A stretch of 63,972 bases of DNA, the filler included, from Circinaria calcarea (Eukaryota), in NCBI GenBank assembly GCA_051942165.1. It is 5 parts of 5 records of this genome, joined end to end, with 100 filler letters (N's around TTAATTAATTAA, not from the genome) between each part and the next. Parts side by side here need not be neighbours in the genome. Positions count along the whole stretch, not along the records: positions 38,468 to 51,171 come from JAVECS010000547.1; positions 51,272 to 63,972 come from JAVECS010000548.1; 3 more parts are not named here. One strand, written 5' to 3'. Both the position numbers and the translations under genes were made by a program. Below are positions 48,764-59,852 of the stretch, piece by piece; the first letter of the stretch is position 1, and each line of letters starts with the position of its first letter. The notes beneath the pieces are model-generated. The model searched no databases and was not told the origin of the DNA. It was given only the letters and a program-made list of their open reading frames with translations.

Positions 48764-49202
48764 GGGAAGGATCGAGGGAGAAGTCGTCATCGGGATTCGA
48801 GGACAATAAAGAATCCACCACCTCATCCATTTCAAGTTCCCGAATATTACGATCCTCGCGCGTTGCCAGTTCTTTCAATCGTTTTACAAGCAGACGTTTC
48901 TGCTTACGGACCCTTAGGGTCGTGGCCCGAGCCTTAGCTCGAGCATCATGCTCCTCTTGCTCAAGACGATCGATCGTGTTGTATAAACGATCCATCTCAG
49001 CATCTGGAGGCGCTAGGTCGCAATCTCTTTTATTGCGATAGCACTCGGCACACGAGGTCGAGTCGTCGGAACTGACACACGGAATTTTGCGCTCAGCGCA
49101 ATGGTGACAAGAACGCATGTTAACGAGACCTCTACGAGCAATCTTATCCGCTCGCCTGTATCGACGAAATTGGGAAGGTTCCTTCGTTTTGGTATTTGGC
49201 AT
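48657..49202 (-). CDS. Retrotransposon-borne antisense ORF: Zn(II)2Cys6-type cluster, coiled coil and acidic tail (181 aa)
   Basis: MPNTKTK...CHHC-AERKIP-C-VSSDDSTS-CAEC-YRNKRD-C matches CX2CX6CX8CX2CX6C. It is followed by a heptad-like helix and a D/E/S/P-rich end, lies between pol and the PPT, and overlaps the pol 3' end. Confidence 0.75.
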   Translation of the reverse strand: MPNTKTKEPSQFRRYRRADKIARRGLVNMRSCHHCAERKIPCVSSDDSTSCAECYRNKRDCDLAPPDAEMDRLYNTIDRLEQEEHDARAKARATTLRVRKQKRLLVKRLKELATREDRNIRELEMDEVVDSLLSSNPDDDFSLDPSLTVPGSSFPWSDLVDESLGPLGSGGGTPQPSANNA

Positions 49203-49244
49203 GATGAAAAGGATGGAAGGTTTGATGTTCGAGACGAAATCCTT

Positions 49245-49253
49245 AGAGGGGGA
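49245..49253 (+). promoter_or_regulatory. Polypurine tract
   Basis: AGAGGGGGA, 5 nt before the TG start of the 3' LTR. Confidence 0.7.
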
Positions 49254-49258
49254 CCTCG

Positions 49259-49634
49259 TGTAATGACACCACCAGCCGTGACCAGTACTACGCGTACCAA
49301 GGGTATTCAGGAGGATGATCCGAGTGATCCCTTGTGTAACGTATGGGATCAATGGGAGCACTAGTGATCTAAGTGATCCGGTTGATCTGGCTATGGAGCA
49401 GTGGGATCATAGGGATCACCTCTGTGACCCCTGTCAGGGAAAGGGTATATAGGCACAGTCCTTTCCATAGTATTTGACCTGTGTGGTCAAGACCTTACAA
49501 GTGTAGCAATATACTTCTATTGTCACTTATTACTTGCCAAGTGATTGGTATAGAACCCGTGCGCATATTACCGAGCCCCTGCCTTATACCAGTGACTAGC
49601 ATTGCCTTTGCCTAAGAAGCTTAGGGACGTAACA
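49259..49634 (+). repeat. 3' LTR of copy B (376 bp)
   Basis: TGTAATG...CGTAACA termini; TATATA at 49446-49451. Its 3' end recurs in both orientations at the 43473-43539 junction. Confidence 0.88.
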
Positions 49635-50406
49635 AGGGGGTGGAATGCGGGGAAAATGCGGTATCGGTCCGGATGCGGCATAGCTCAGGGATATCTGGTA
49701 CCTTTCAAACGAGCAACGTATCTTTATCTAACGCACGGACATGCCGTAGACCGCGGGAGATTCAGGGTCCAACAGTATAATAAGAGCCGCCTTTCTCTTT
49801 ATCTTCTGCCAAATGCTAGAGACCATCGAGTTACGAGTACCTGCGGCGTGTTTCATTTTCTGCATGTGAACCTGATCACCAGACTGCTTATGATAGCATG
49901 TAGCTCAAAGTACCTATCCTATACCCTATACTAAACCGAAAGCTTTACATTAATTCACAATATCAGGACGACCATAAATAACAGGGATAGTAATTGTAAT
50001 CTCTGCACAAGGCTACGTGATATATTCTGTATCGTCATAGCATAGGTAAGGAATCGAGAACCATCAAACACGTGACCATCGGACCCTAGGTCAAAATGGA
50101 TATATGAAGGTTAGGGTTCAATCCCTTGGACCTTGTCGGCGATATGGAAGGGATAAAATCCTCATCAAGTATTCATTGACTCTTACTGTGCTGTGGTAGT
50201 CAGCCACAATGCCCAAAGGGGGCTTTCTCAAGATCGTCGCTGTAGAACGGACTGTGAAGCATGGCCGTTAAATACATAAAAAGGATCCTCAAATCCTAGC
50301 TGCATCCATCCATGATTTTGCCGTTTTCCCTTGCCAACACCGCGCTTGCTGATAACAATGCCCCTAAATATTCCCACAGAAACGCGCGTCGTCGCAAAAG
50401 AACGCG

Positions 50407-51171
50407 TCAAGTCGTTTGGCCCCGAGGGCCCCGTAATACATCACCCCAAACCACTTTTTTACCTTCACCGTTGGGTCCAGGGGCTCGGTTATCCTCTTGT
50501 ATCTCCCGTTCCCGCTTCGCCTTGGCCTCCTTGATCATCCGCTCCCTCTGCTCCTCGCCGATCTCATACAACGCGGCGCGATCCCCGCTCCCGCCTCGAG
50601 AATGCTTACCACTCAGGGATTTGGAAGACCCAGCTCGTCTAAGAGCACTTGTCGATTTCATTTTCTTCAGCGAGCGCTCCTCAGATTCGGGCTTAGGGTC
50701 CCGTTGCTTGCTCTCGCGTTCTTTGCTATCTTGTTCTTTGCTCTCGCCACTGCGTGACTTCATCTTCCGGATCTCGCGCGTGATTCGCTCGAGCGTACTT
50801 CCTACTTTCTTGAGGGATGGCTCAACGGTTGGGCTTGGAGATGACGGAAGGGGCTTGTTGAGAGATTTGTTGCTAGTTTTGAGTAAACTGTCGCTACTGC
50901 TCCGTGACGTTCCAAAGCTGATGCCCGAATCGGCTCTCCTCTCCGCTTTCCTCACTTCTGCAATTTCCTTCTTAAATATGTCCACCGTAATCGCGAAGCA
51001 CTCCTCTATCACGCTATTCGCGGTTCTCAGATACTTATCTACGATCTCCCGTACAACTGACCAGCCATTCTCATCGTGGGCCCGACGGCTTTGATTCTCA
51101 AGGTTCGTCAGTACGTTCTTGCCGTTCTTCTCTACCGCTTGGATGTAGCGAAAGAACGCACTCCGTTGGGA
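50407..51171 (-). CDS. 3' fragment of an uncharacterised fungal protein (K/S/E-rich C-terminus), 5' part beyond contig end
   Basis: The frame is open from the contig end (SQRSAFFRYIQAVEKNGKNVL...GWSVVREIVDKYL) to a stop at 50407. No recognised domain. Confidence 0.6.
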   Translation of the reverse strand, partial: SQRSAFFRYIQAVEKNGKNVLTNLENQSRRAHDENGWSVVREIVDKYLRTANSVIEECFAITVDIFKKEIAEVRKAERRADSGISFGTSRSSSDSLLKTSNKSLNKPLPSSPSPTVEPSLKKVGSTLERITREIRKMKSRSGESKEQDSKERESKQRDPKPESEERSLKKMKSTSALRRAGSSKSLSGKHSRGGSGDRAALYEIGEEQRERMIKEAKAKREREIQEDNRAPGPNGEGKKVVWGDVLRGPRGQTT

Positions 51172-51271
51172 NNNNNNNNNNNNNNNNNNNNNNNNNNNNN
51201 NNNNNNNNNNNNNNNTTAATTAATTAANNNNNNNNNNNNNNNNNNNNNNNNNNNNNNNNNNNNNNNNNNNN
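51172..51271. other. Artificial contig linker
   Basis: N44-TTAATTAATTAA-N44. Confidence 0.99.
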
Positions 51272-51427
51272 AATTTAAACTTGTATTTTAATTATTAAAT
51301 TTTTTTTTGGGAAATAAAACGGAGGTTTTGAAATTTTAAAAATATTTTATTTCCATTCCGAATTTATTTTATTATATCGGGTGTATTTCGTATAGACTGT
51401 GACGTTTATTATTTATTATTAACCACG

Positions 51428-53383
51428 CTACAACCCCGCCATCCTATCCCGTTCACGAAATCGTACCACCGGGCCACTTTTCGCCCCTGTGACATGATCC
51501 AGCAACAGAAACTCCTCATCCCCGTCCCCCTCTGTCCCACTAATCTCAAACCGCCACAGCAAAACCGCCATCGTCAACATCAATTCCGCCATTGCAAGGG
51601 ACTTCCCCACACATCCCCTCGGCCCGATCGAGAACGGCATGTGCGCGGTCCTCTGCTCGCCCGCCTTCCCCTCCTCTCCCTCGGCCTTCATCCACCTTTC
51701 CGGGACAAAAACGCCCGGCCGTGGGTGATATGCCGGATTGTGATGGATGGCGTAGATACCGACACCGACATCACAACCCTGAGGGATAAATTGCCCATCG
51801 ATCACCGCGCCGCCGTGCAGGACTTCCCGCCAGAGAGGGCCACCTCCGGGGGGCGAGATGCGGAGGGTTTCCTCGATGCAGGCGCGGAGGTAGGTGCACG
51901 CGTTCAATTTCGAGCCAAGGCGGATGGAAGAGAGGGAGGGGAAGGTGGAGTGGATTTCGGCCGTGAGGCGATTGTAGATGGCGGAGCGGCGGGTGAGGTA
52001 GTAGAGGAGAGCAGACATGGAGGTGGAGGTTGTATCGGACCCTGTGGGGGAGGGTGTGTAAGCGGGTTAGGCTTTTGGGACTTAGCTATCCTTGAGGCTA
52101 GATGGGGGGAAAGGAGAGGGGTGAAAAGAATTTACCGGCGACGATGAGAGTAGCAGTCTCGGTGCTCAGCTCCTTTACACTTAGTCCTCTGTCTGTGGCT
52201 GGATCTTTGGCGTTTTGCAGGTAGGAGAAAATGTCCTTGAATTCGCCTGTGGTGGGCTTCAAACGATCGCTCAGCATGTTCCGCACGAACGTGACAAACT
52301 CGTTCCTCGCCGTGATGGCTTTGGGAAATAGCTTGGCGTCGAGTTTCTTGAAGCCGACTTCCGGTGCCTGCATCAGCACGCTGAGTCGGACATTGGATTC
52401 CTCGACGGAGCCAATCACATAGCGGTAGTCCTTGCTGCCAAGGGCATTGAAGGAGGCACTGAAGGTGATGCTAGTCATGATATCGAACGTAAGACAATCA
52501 ACTGCTGCGTTTTCAGCCGTATGACATACAGGTGTGTGGAGGGAGCTGCCTACACCATCGCGACATGTCTTGAGGTACAGACCATCCACTACGTCTTGCG
52601 AGCTCCGTAACTTTCTTCCTGCCATCCTCAGGTTCGAGCAGACTCGAACATAACTGCTCAATCTTTGCAAGGATATTGGGTTCGAAGATACGCAAAGCGG
52701 CATCTGAAAAGCCTTGACCCATCACCCGTCGTCTTCTTCCATGCTCCGCCTTATCTCGCAGCGTTAAAGTATTCGGAGCTTGGTGAGCTAAAGCCGTGTA
52801 GACGGCCGATTTTGTGACGTTGCTGCGGTGACCGTAGATATCTTCACAAAAATCACACTCAGTAGTATATCGGTGAGTGGACAGCATAAATAGATTTTAC
52901 CATTCACGCCCTCTGCGCTGTAGAACAAAAGCCTGTTCGGAGCATAACGAAGATGCTTGCCTGGTAAATATCCTCAGTGATGACAATATTCTCACCGCAA
53001 CGCCGAGAGCTTGCGTACCGTATTTCTCATGACACCGCCAAATGTCACGGTGGATATCACCCCGCCAAGCATAATACCCAGCGTACAGGTTGGTCACCTT
53101 CGCGAGTGCGGGACCTGGATAACTGGCCAAGGGATGGAAAAAGAGTCGGTACGTACAAATGCCAGTCAGCTAGCCAGGGAAACAAAGAAAAGTTAGTAAT
53201 GGTGGGAAAAGCTTGTCATTGCACGGACAGGTGAGAAATCCAAAAAGTGTATGCAGCATAGTATCCAAAACATACATATAGAAGCACGGCTGATAGAGAA
53301 ATGATACTTAGTAATTTCACTGCGACTGCGGCACTGTGAATAATAGATATAACCGTCTCCATAATGACTAGCAGCGCGCTCAT
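51428..53383 (-). CDS. Cytochrome P450 (benzoate-4-monooxygenase-like, secondary-metabolism type), 6 exons
   Basis: TM N-terminus, [16 protein letters not shown], spliced AGSDTT, EETLR, PERW, heme [10 protein letters not shown]. All five introns are GT-AG and frame-consistent. Confidence 0.92.
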
Positions 53384-53692
53384 CCGTTAATCTACAGCAA
53401 TGAAAGCCTCCTGTATAACTGCACTTTCATTGCGAACAGTTAGAAGGCATTTTGATGCTAGCGCAGTCGCCAATATCAACAAATCGCAATTAAGGAGATT
53501 GAGACCGATGCCGACGCCGTGGCCGATTCCGAACCTCCGAATCCGATTTCCGACCCGGTATTTTGACTTACTAGACACCAGAAATTGAGATATGTTACAT
53601 TAGCTCTATTGCTTCCTTTGTTGGAGCAGCAGCATCAAGATCGGAGGAACCGCGCCCTCAGGAGCGACCATCCCCATTAATCTCCAGACACG

Positions 53693-55107
53693 ATGGCGTT
53701 TCCGCCCTTGCCTGTAGACCATCTCGGTACGTTAATCCGTTACTACCCCCCAAAGCATCGAACATGCTGTTGACGTCTAACATCTCCTAGACTGGGATAA
53801 TCTTGGCTTCGCTGTCAGAGAAGGGAAGCTTGAAATTTATAATAACTTAATCATGAAAATTATCCAGTCTAACATCATTCCCGCATAGTCAATGGACATA
53901 TCGAAAGCCGATATCGTATCCAAACAGGACATTGGACTGAGCCAGAATTCATTAAAGATCCTACTTTAAAGGTCAATGGGCTAGCTCCGGGTCTTAATTA
54001 TGGTTTTGCAACACCGTCTGCAATTCAGGAAGACGCATTGTGGCTAAGCAGTGCCAAGGTCAACAAGCTTATGAAGGAATGAAAGGTGACTGAAATAAAC
54101 TTCTCATTATCGCTCTACTTCCACCACGAAGAGGCTAACAAGGCCCTATAGCATTCCGTGATTCGCAAGGACAAATCCGTGTTTTCCGTTCACAGCGCCA
54201 CGCAGCTCGGATGGCCAATTCTTGCGATTTTGTCTCAATTCCACGAGTCCCGATAAGCCATTTCGTCCGCTGCGTATCTTTAGCCGTTTCTCTTAATGCA
54301 GCCTTCGTCCCACCTCATGATTCAAACTCAGCTCTGTACATTCGTCCACTCGTATTTGGTTCAGGCGCACAGCTGAACTTGGCGCCCCCAGACGAGTACA
54401 CGTTCTGTGTGTTTGTCAACCCAATTAGTGCACTTCACGGCCATAAGCCAGTTGATGCCCTGATCCTCGAGAGTTTCGATCGCGCAGCGCCGTGTGGAAC
54501 AGGATCTGCGAAAATAGGTGGCAACTATGCGCCTGTGCTTCGATGGTCAGCAAAGGCCAAGGCAGAAGGATATGGCATCACTTTGCATTTGGATAGTAAA
54601 ACGAGGGGCGAAATCGAAGAATTCTCGACCTCCGGCTTCATCGGACTAAAGAAAATCGACCACAGGATAATTCTTGTAGCGCCGGATAGTAATAACGTGA
54701 TAAAAAGCGTGATGAGTGATTCCTGCTTGGAACTCGCAAAAACATTCGGTTGGGATGTTGAAAGAAGATCGGTAAGACTGGCAATCTGCCCCCAGTCTGA
54801 TTGCCACCGTACTAATTATCTGGCTCGGTAGGTTAAGTACGAAGAACTTCCAAGCTTTCTTGAAATCTGGGCTGTAGGCACAGCAGCTGTAATTGTGGCT
54901 ATTAAATCTATTACGCGGCGATCTAGCTCTGATAAGTTCGTATATTCTGAGAACGATGAGCTTACGCCCTATCTCGCAAAGGTTTTCGATACCCTTCAGG
55001 GTATGCAACAAGGAATAGTGACAGATGTTTTTGGCTGGTTTGAATTGATCCGAGAGCCGCAGAGCTATATGGGGGCAATATCGAATGAAAAAAAGGGTTT
55101 TATCTGA
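53693..55107 (+). CDS. Class IV PLP aminotransferase (branched-chain aminotransferase-like; ToxF/Aps4/AtnH type); intron 2 has a GG donor
   Basis: Spliced MAFPPLPVDHLDWDNLGF-AVREVNGH, LNYGQQAYEGMKAFR, LYIRP, catalytic AKIGGNY, EEFSTS, GTAA. No mitochondrial presequence. Confidence 0.88.
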
Positions 55108-56516
55108 CTGGTGAAATTGCACCACGAGTCCACAGATGGAAAGGAGGTGCATTAGAGGGAGGGCGCTACGTCTTCAATAGGCTCCACGGCATAATCGGAA
55201 TGCATGTATTGATAAAAGCTACTGCAAGTACTATGTGGTACTATGTGTGTAGAGAGTAAAGATCCAAGAAAAAAAAAATACATGTTCCGTGTATATAACG
55301 TGTGGAGGAGAATGCTCGGGGGATCGCTGAGATATAGAGCGAAAGGCACGCCTAATTAGCGCTGTTTCCCGCTATTTTCTCTATGCACTCGAATTATAAC
55401 ATTCGCTTATTTTTGGCTAGTTCGGTTTTCACTGAGCAGAAATCTAAATTATGCACGTGATGACTCCTCGGATTCCCCAGCTTCAATCATTTGAGATGTT
55501 TTCACACAAAGACATACAGACAAGATTATATTGCTTGGCTCATTCAGTGTATCCAAAAGCACTTTCATTCGCCAGATTCTATAGTGTCGGGAAATTTACA
55601 TTCAACCGCGAAAGGATTTCAAGATTTATGGTGGAATGCATTGCTTGCTTGCGAAAATCCACAATAACCTTCCAGGCATGCTTTTAACTCAATCTACTCC
55701 GTAATTACTCTGTGAAAAGCGCTTCGAGGTTCAAAGGTAAAACGACGATCTTATCGGTGCACTCCGGTCCATCTAAATGCCGTTTTAGCATCCAAAATTT
55801 GTCGGTGGCGCATAAAGTGACATTACTACGAAGGGGGCGGGTGGCAACGGTTTTAAGTAAGTTTCTTATATAACTGCTATTTCTCGTCTACTGTACGTGT
55901 CGATTTTCGATTGATTTTTGTTTTATCGCTACTTTCAATACCGGACGACTTCCCCCCCCGGCGCCTTTCCCCCAAGTGCCTTGTAGATATGTTATGGCGT
56001 CAACACTATGACATGTACTAGGGCCCGATTGGGACTAGCGACGGAACGGAGCCACCCTCGGACCGTTTGCTCAGTGTGCTCAGTGTGCTCAGGGGATGAG
56101 CAGAGGTGAGCAGTATGAGCAAAGATGTATATAAGCAGGCTGTTCGGCACTCTTTAGAATAGGATGCTTATAGAACCATAACGAGTTCAATATACTCCTT
56201 TTATATTGAGCCTAGGGCAACAGTTCAACTACACCCTATGTAATCGTGCTAGTACCGATCGGGACTTGTCATATTCCTCAATAGGCCCCAAGGATCCCAG
56301 CGCCCCTTACGAGATAGTCTATCTTTGATAGCCGTAGCAAAAATTTAGTGCGCTCAAAGGCCTCGCAAGTTTTTATATTACCGGCGTTTCTTAAGCTCCC
56401 TGACACTTGTTTCCCATCGAGGATAGATATCCTGAAGACTACTAGCTGAAACGCCGCGAATATAATACTTGGACTTTGCACGATGCTGTTGGTGATTTGC
56501 CAATGCGCCAATTCTA

Positions 56517-58406
56517 TCAAATGTTTTGTTTACCACTCGTCCTCAAGACTGCCCGAATGTTATCCATCGTCTGCCTTACGAGCATTGCTCTTGTTCCGTC
56601 ACTTTTGGAACACCCCGTGTCCTTCTGCTTATACATGGCGTCCAGGAGCGCGGCTGTCGAGAGACTGTCCAAAATTCCTCCACAATGACTACTACCTCGA
56701 TCCGAATCTTGCGTATCGTTTGGAAGTCCAATCCCGAGCGCTAGCTCAATCCGTTCGAGCATTGTTGCACTAATGTGGATGAGAACTTCAATTTGTAGAT
56801 CTTTGTAGCTGTCGAGATCAAATCCGCCAAGGCGGAGACCAGGTAGAACGGAGGGAACTACCAATAACCTACCTGAATCGGAGGCCTCAATAAGAGAAGT
56901 GTAGATTTGTGAGAAGATAACATCGTAGGTTTGCAGGAGGCAGATATAACAACTAAGCATTGCGAGGGTGGTGGGAAAGTCTGGTCGCGGAGCACTAGAT
57001 GATAGTCGTTGAGCGTCTGGCAATGTAGAACCTGAAGTAGAAGTGAGAAGTCGAGCAGGAAAATCGCTGCTCGATGGCAGTGATGTCTCGCCGTAAGCCG
57101 TATACCTTGCATCATGATGGTAAAGTGGCTCAGTGATCATTGATGTCTCGTCCTCCTCGTTCCAGGTGTCGGAATATGAACACTCTGATACAGCGCGCTC
57201 AGGAACTGCGCAGGACGGCGCTATGAAGTACTGTAGGATATCGAGGAATGTCTGGGAGCTATTCAGAACTCTACCAATAATATTTGTAAAATCTGACATT
57301 TTATTTCTAGGATTAGAATCAATTGGAGCTTCTAAGATAGGAGAATGAGAAAGTAAAAGAATGTCGGCTAATTTCGCAGACCTGCTGCGGCTAAAATGTT
57401 TTAGGAGCGTTGAACTGAGTTCCGAAAGCCTCAGTATATATTCTTCCGTCAGATTTGCTGCAGGTTCAGGACAATTTGGGTCTCCATGAGCCACGGAAGT
57501 GTTTAAACACGGCGGCGGCTGTGTGTCTGATACCGGGGCAACCATATCCATAAAACCGCCGGCATTGGTATTATAAGCATGAGTATTGAGTTTTTCCGGA
57601 ATAGCCATAGCACCGGGATCCAATAACATATCGAAATCGAAATGGTCGAGGTCAGATGGAGAGCTTGTTCGAGCAGCGGTATCACGGTGGGTATTGAAGC
57701 CAGCAGTGTTAGATGTGGTCATTGCAGCTACTGGAGCTACGTTTAAACTGCAATTTCCTGCGTTCTGCGTCGAGCTGCGTTGTCGAAAGTCGAACCAATC
57801 AGCAGACTCCGTAGTACTTTGATTACCGTTGGTTCCGCTACTGCCGCCGCCGATGTTGAGATGATTTTCGGTTGAACTGTCGGCTACTAGTGCTGATGAC
57901 GTGATTTCCTTCGTGCTGTTGGACTCCTCCCGTAATCTTGATTGGGACGTTGCTGCTGTGTGCTCCAGACCCATCTCCCTTCCCGCTGCCTGGAGATTGT
58001 CACGGGTCGTCTGTTGATGTCCAATTGCAGAAAGCGGTTTTTCCCTCGGCGGTTCCCTTCCATTGCCTCCAGAATTGCGGCGCGAGGCTGTATCGAGTCC
58101 ATATTGCTGTGGACATGAGTCTGGGTGAGAGTGTGACTGTGTTCGCGTCCTTTCGGATGGAGGTGGAGGTGAAGAAGAAGATCGCATTTGTGGCTTTTTA
58201 GCCCACAGCAGTTTCCGTGTGAGTGAGACAGTATTGACACAAACCGCCCGAGCTTTCAGGCAGCGTTCACACGTTCCCAAGGTGTTTGTGTTACCTCTCG
58301 AGGCATCGCTTCCCCCGTGTGAAATTGCGGCACGGACACAACGAAGTTTCTGACTGCGACACCGATCACAGGCACTTCGTCGTGTATTTTCGAGGTTCTG
58401 GCTCAT
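56517..58406 (-). CDS. Zn(II)2Cys6 pathway-specific transcription factor
   Basis: RSACDRCRSQKLRC...CERCLKARAVC; cluster-regulator-like C-terminal region (LAMLSCYICLLQTY, LPGLRLGGF). Confidence 0.9.
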   Translation of the reverse strand: MSQNLENTRRSACDRCRSQKLRCVRAAISHGGSDASRGNTNTLGTCERCLKARAVCVNTVSLTRKLLWAKKPQMRSSSSPPPPSERTRTQSHSHPDSCPQQYGLDTASRRNSGGNGREPPREKPLSAIGHQQTTRDNLQAAGREMGLEHTAATSQSRLREESNSTKEITSSALVADSSTENHLNIGGGSSGTNGNQSTTESADWFDFRQRSSTQNAGNCSLNVAPVAAMTTSNTAGFNTHRDTAARTSSPSDLDHFDFDMLLDPGAMAIPEKLNTHAYNTNAGGFMDMVAPVSDTQPPPCLNTSVAHGDPNCPEPAANLTEEYILRLSELSSTLLKHFSRSRSAKLADILLLSHSPILEAPIDSNPRNKMSDFTNIIGRVLNSSQTFLDILQYFIAPSCAVPERAVSECSYSDTWNEEDETSMITEPLYHHDARYTAYGETSLPSSSDFPARLLTSTSGSTLPDAQRLSSSAPRPDFPTTLAMLSCYICLLQTYDVIFSQIYTSLIEASDSGRLLVVPSVLPGLRLGGFDLDSYKDLQIEVLIHISATMLERIELALGIGLPNDTQDSDRGSSHCGGILDSLSTAALLDAMYKQKDTGCSKSDGTRAMLVRQTMDNIRAVLRTSGKQNI

Positions 58407-59852
58407 TGCTGTGATTGGATAATCAAGGGTCCGAAGTCGGATGCTGGAATTACTGTGTCATAGAAAAGAAGGAATGTGGTGTGTATGACAGCACCGTGTT
58501 ATATAATACTTTTAAAAAGAAGTATAGCTTAATAGCCGAGACTGCAGCGATTCCGCGTAAGACAGTGGGGATAACCAAGATATGCAGGGCTCGGTCTATC
58601 AGAGCAATAAAATAACTTAAGTGACAATAGCAGCCTCGCTAATGCCATCGTGATTTCACCGTGATAAATAACGCACGTTTATGGATTACTAAGCCCACCG
58701 CAACGGCTACACGGCGTGGCGTAAGTCCAGAAGTGTGTTCGTCCTCACGCTAATTAGCCTTCCGGCTTTAGCGGAAGTGGGGCCGCCTTTCCTAAGGATT
58801 CCGCTACTGTTAACTTTATTTTGTACTACCTTAAACCCACAACACAGGCTAGAATCCTTCGTGGCATTCATAAGTCCTTATACAACCCCCGCTTTTATGA
58901 TCAACAGAGTGTATTACACTCAGTGGCAGAAATATAACCTTGATCCAACTGATGATTCCTGCTTAAGCGCATTATCTTCACGAGACCCTTTTTTTTCTTC
59001 TCCATGCGGTACTGTGGCAAAGACTCGGAAAAAGCATTATAACGCAATTGAGAAATCGAGCAAATAGCTTTGTGCTCAACCAGATATATTACGTGCATTA
59101 GTGAAGGATTCTGGCCCGTGTTGTCTGTACTCTATATCTATTCTCTGCAGCGTCAGCTTACCTGCATAATAGCGTCGTGTATTCCTCGCCTAGTGTCGAC
59201 CAACCAGCAAAAGGGCGGTGTGGGATAATATATGCCCAGCCTCCAAACCACTCACCCCAGCTAACTTCAGCTTCCTTCGAACACAGAAAAGTTGCATGCG
59301 GATCCTCGTTGTACCCAATGATACTCGGAGCCGCCGCTTGGTCTTTGACATTCACTGATCCTTTGAAGGATGGGATTAAGGAAAGACGTGATTAGTAATT
59401 TACCAGGGGTCTCGGCAGTTCTCGTCCGCAGTGGATATCAGACATGGAGTGGGTTTGGTTATTCAAACACTTGATAGAGCATCGGGATTCTTCGTGCAAG
59501 GCTAATCGCGGGTAATCCAACTGGAGAACTTTGAGCCCTCACACTTGTGAGAACGCAAGATCTTATTTGTGATGGAATTTTAATCGGTGCAGGGAGTCGT
59601 CAGGCTGTGGGAAATATTCCTATTAGCAGAGCATAAGGACTTTAATAAAGCTTAAAACAAACGATTGGACGATGTAAAAGCTAATGGGGAAAGGACACTG
59701 AACTGCGGAATACTGAAGTACCAGATTTTTGAGTTTATTTTAAACCAATCCTTATTACGATCTACGATAATCTCAATGCATATCGCAGTGCGTAATAGAT
59801 AAGGCGAGTAATCTTATATTCATATGCAGCAGAATAGGCTCCAATTTAGTAA

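Larger units (their letters stand above)
43529..49634 (+). mobile_element. Ty3/gypsy chromovirus copy B; complete internal region and 3' LTR, 5' LTR reduced to 11 bp (GGGACGTAACA)
   Basis: PBS, gag, pol with chromodomain, antisense ORF, PPT and 376-bp TG...CA LTR, all in the expected order. Confidence 0.95.

Noticed and set aside
49203..49361. Upstream 53-aa extension of the antisense ORF
   Set aside because: It has a non-ATG start and runs through the PPT and LTR; the first ATG is at 49202.
49635..49700. AGGGG after the 3' LTR as a TSD showing copy B nested in copy A's LTR (AGGGG also at 43527-43531)
   Set aside because: The rest of copy A's inverted LTR (CTCGGTAATATGCGC...) does not follow, so simple nesting is unsupported. 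A 5-bp G-run match can occur by chance.
50312..51094. 260-aa plus-strand ORF
   Set aside because: It is an S/L/R-rich antisense shadow of the minus-strand coding fragment.
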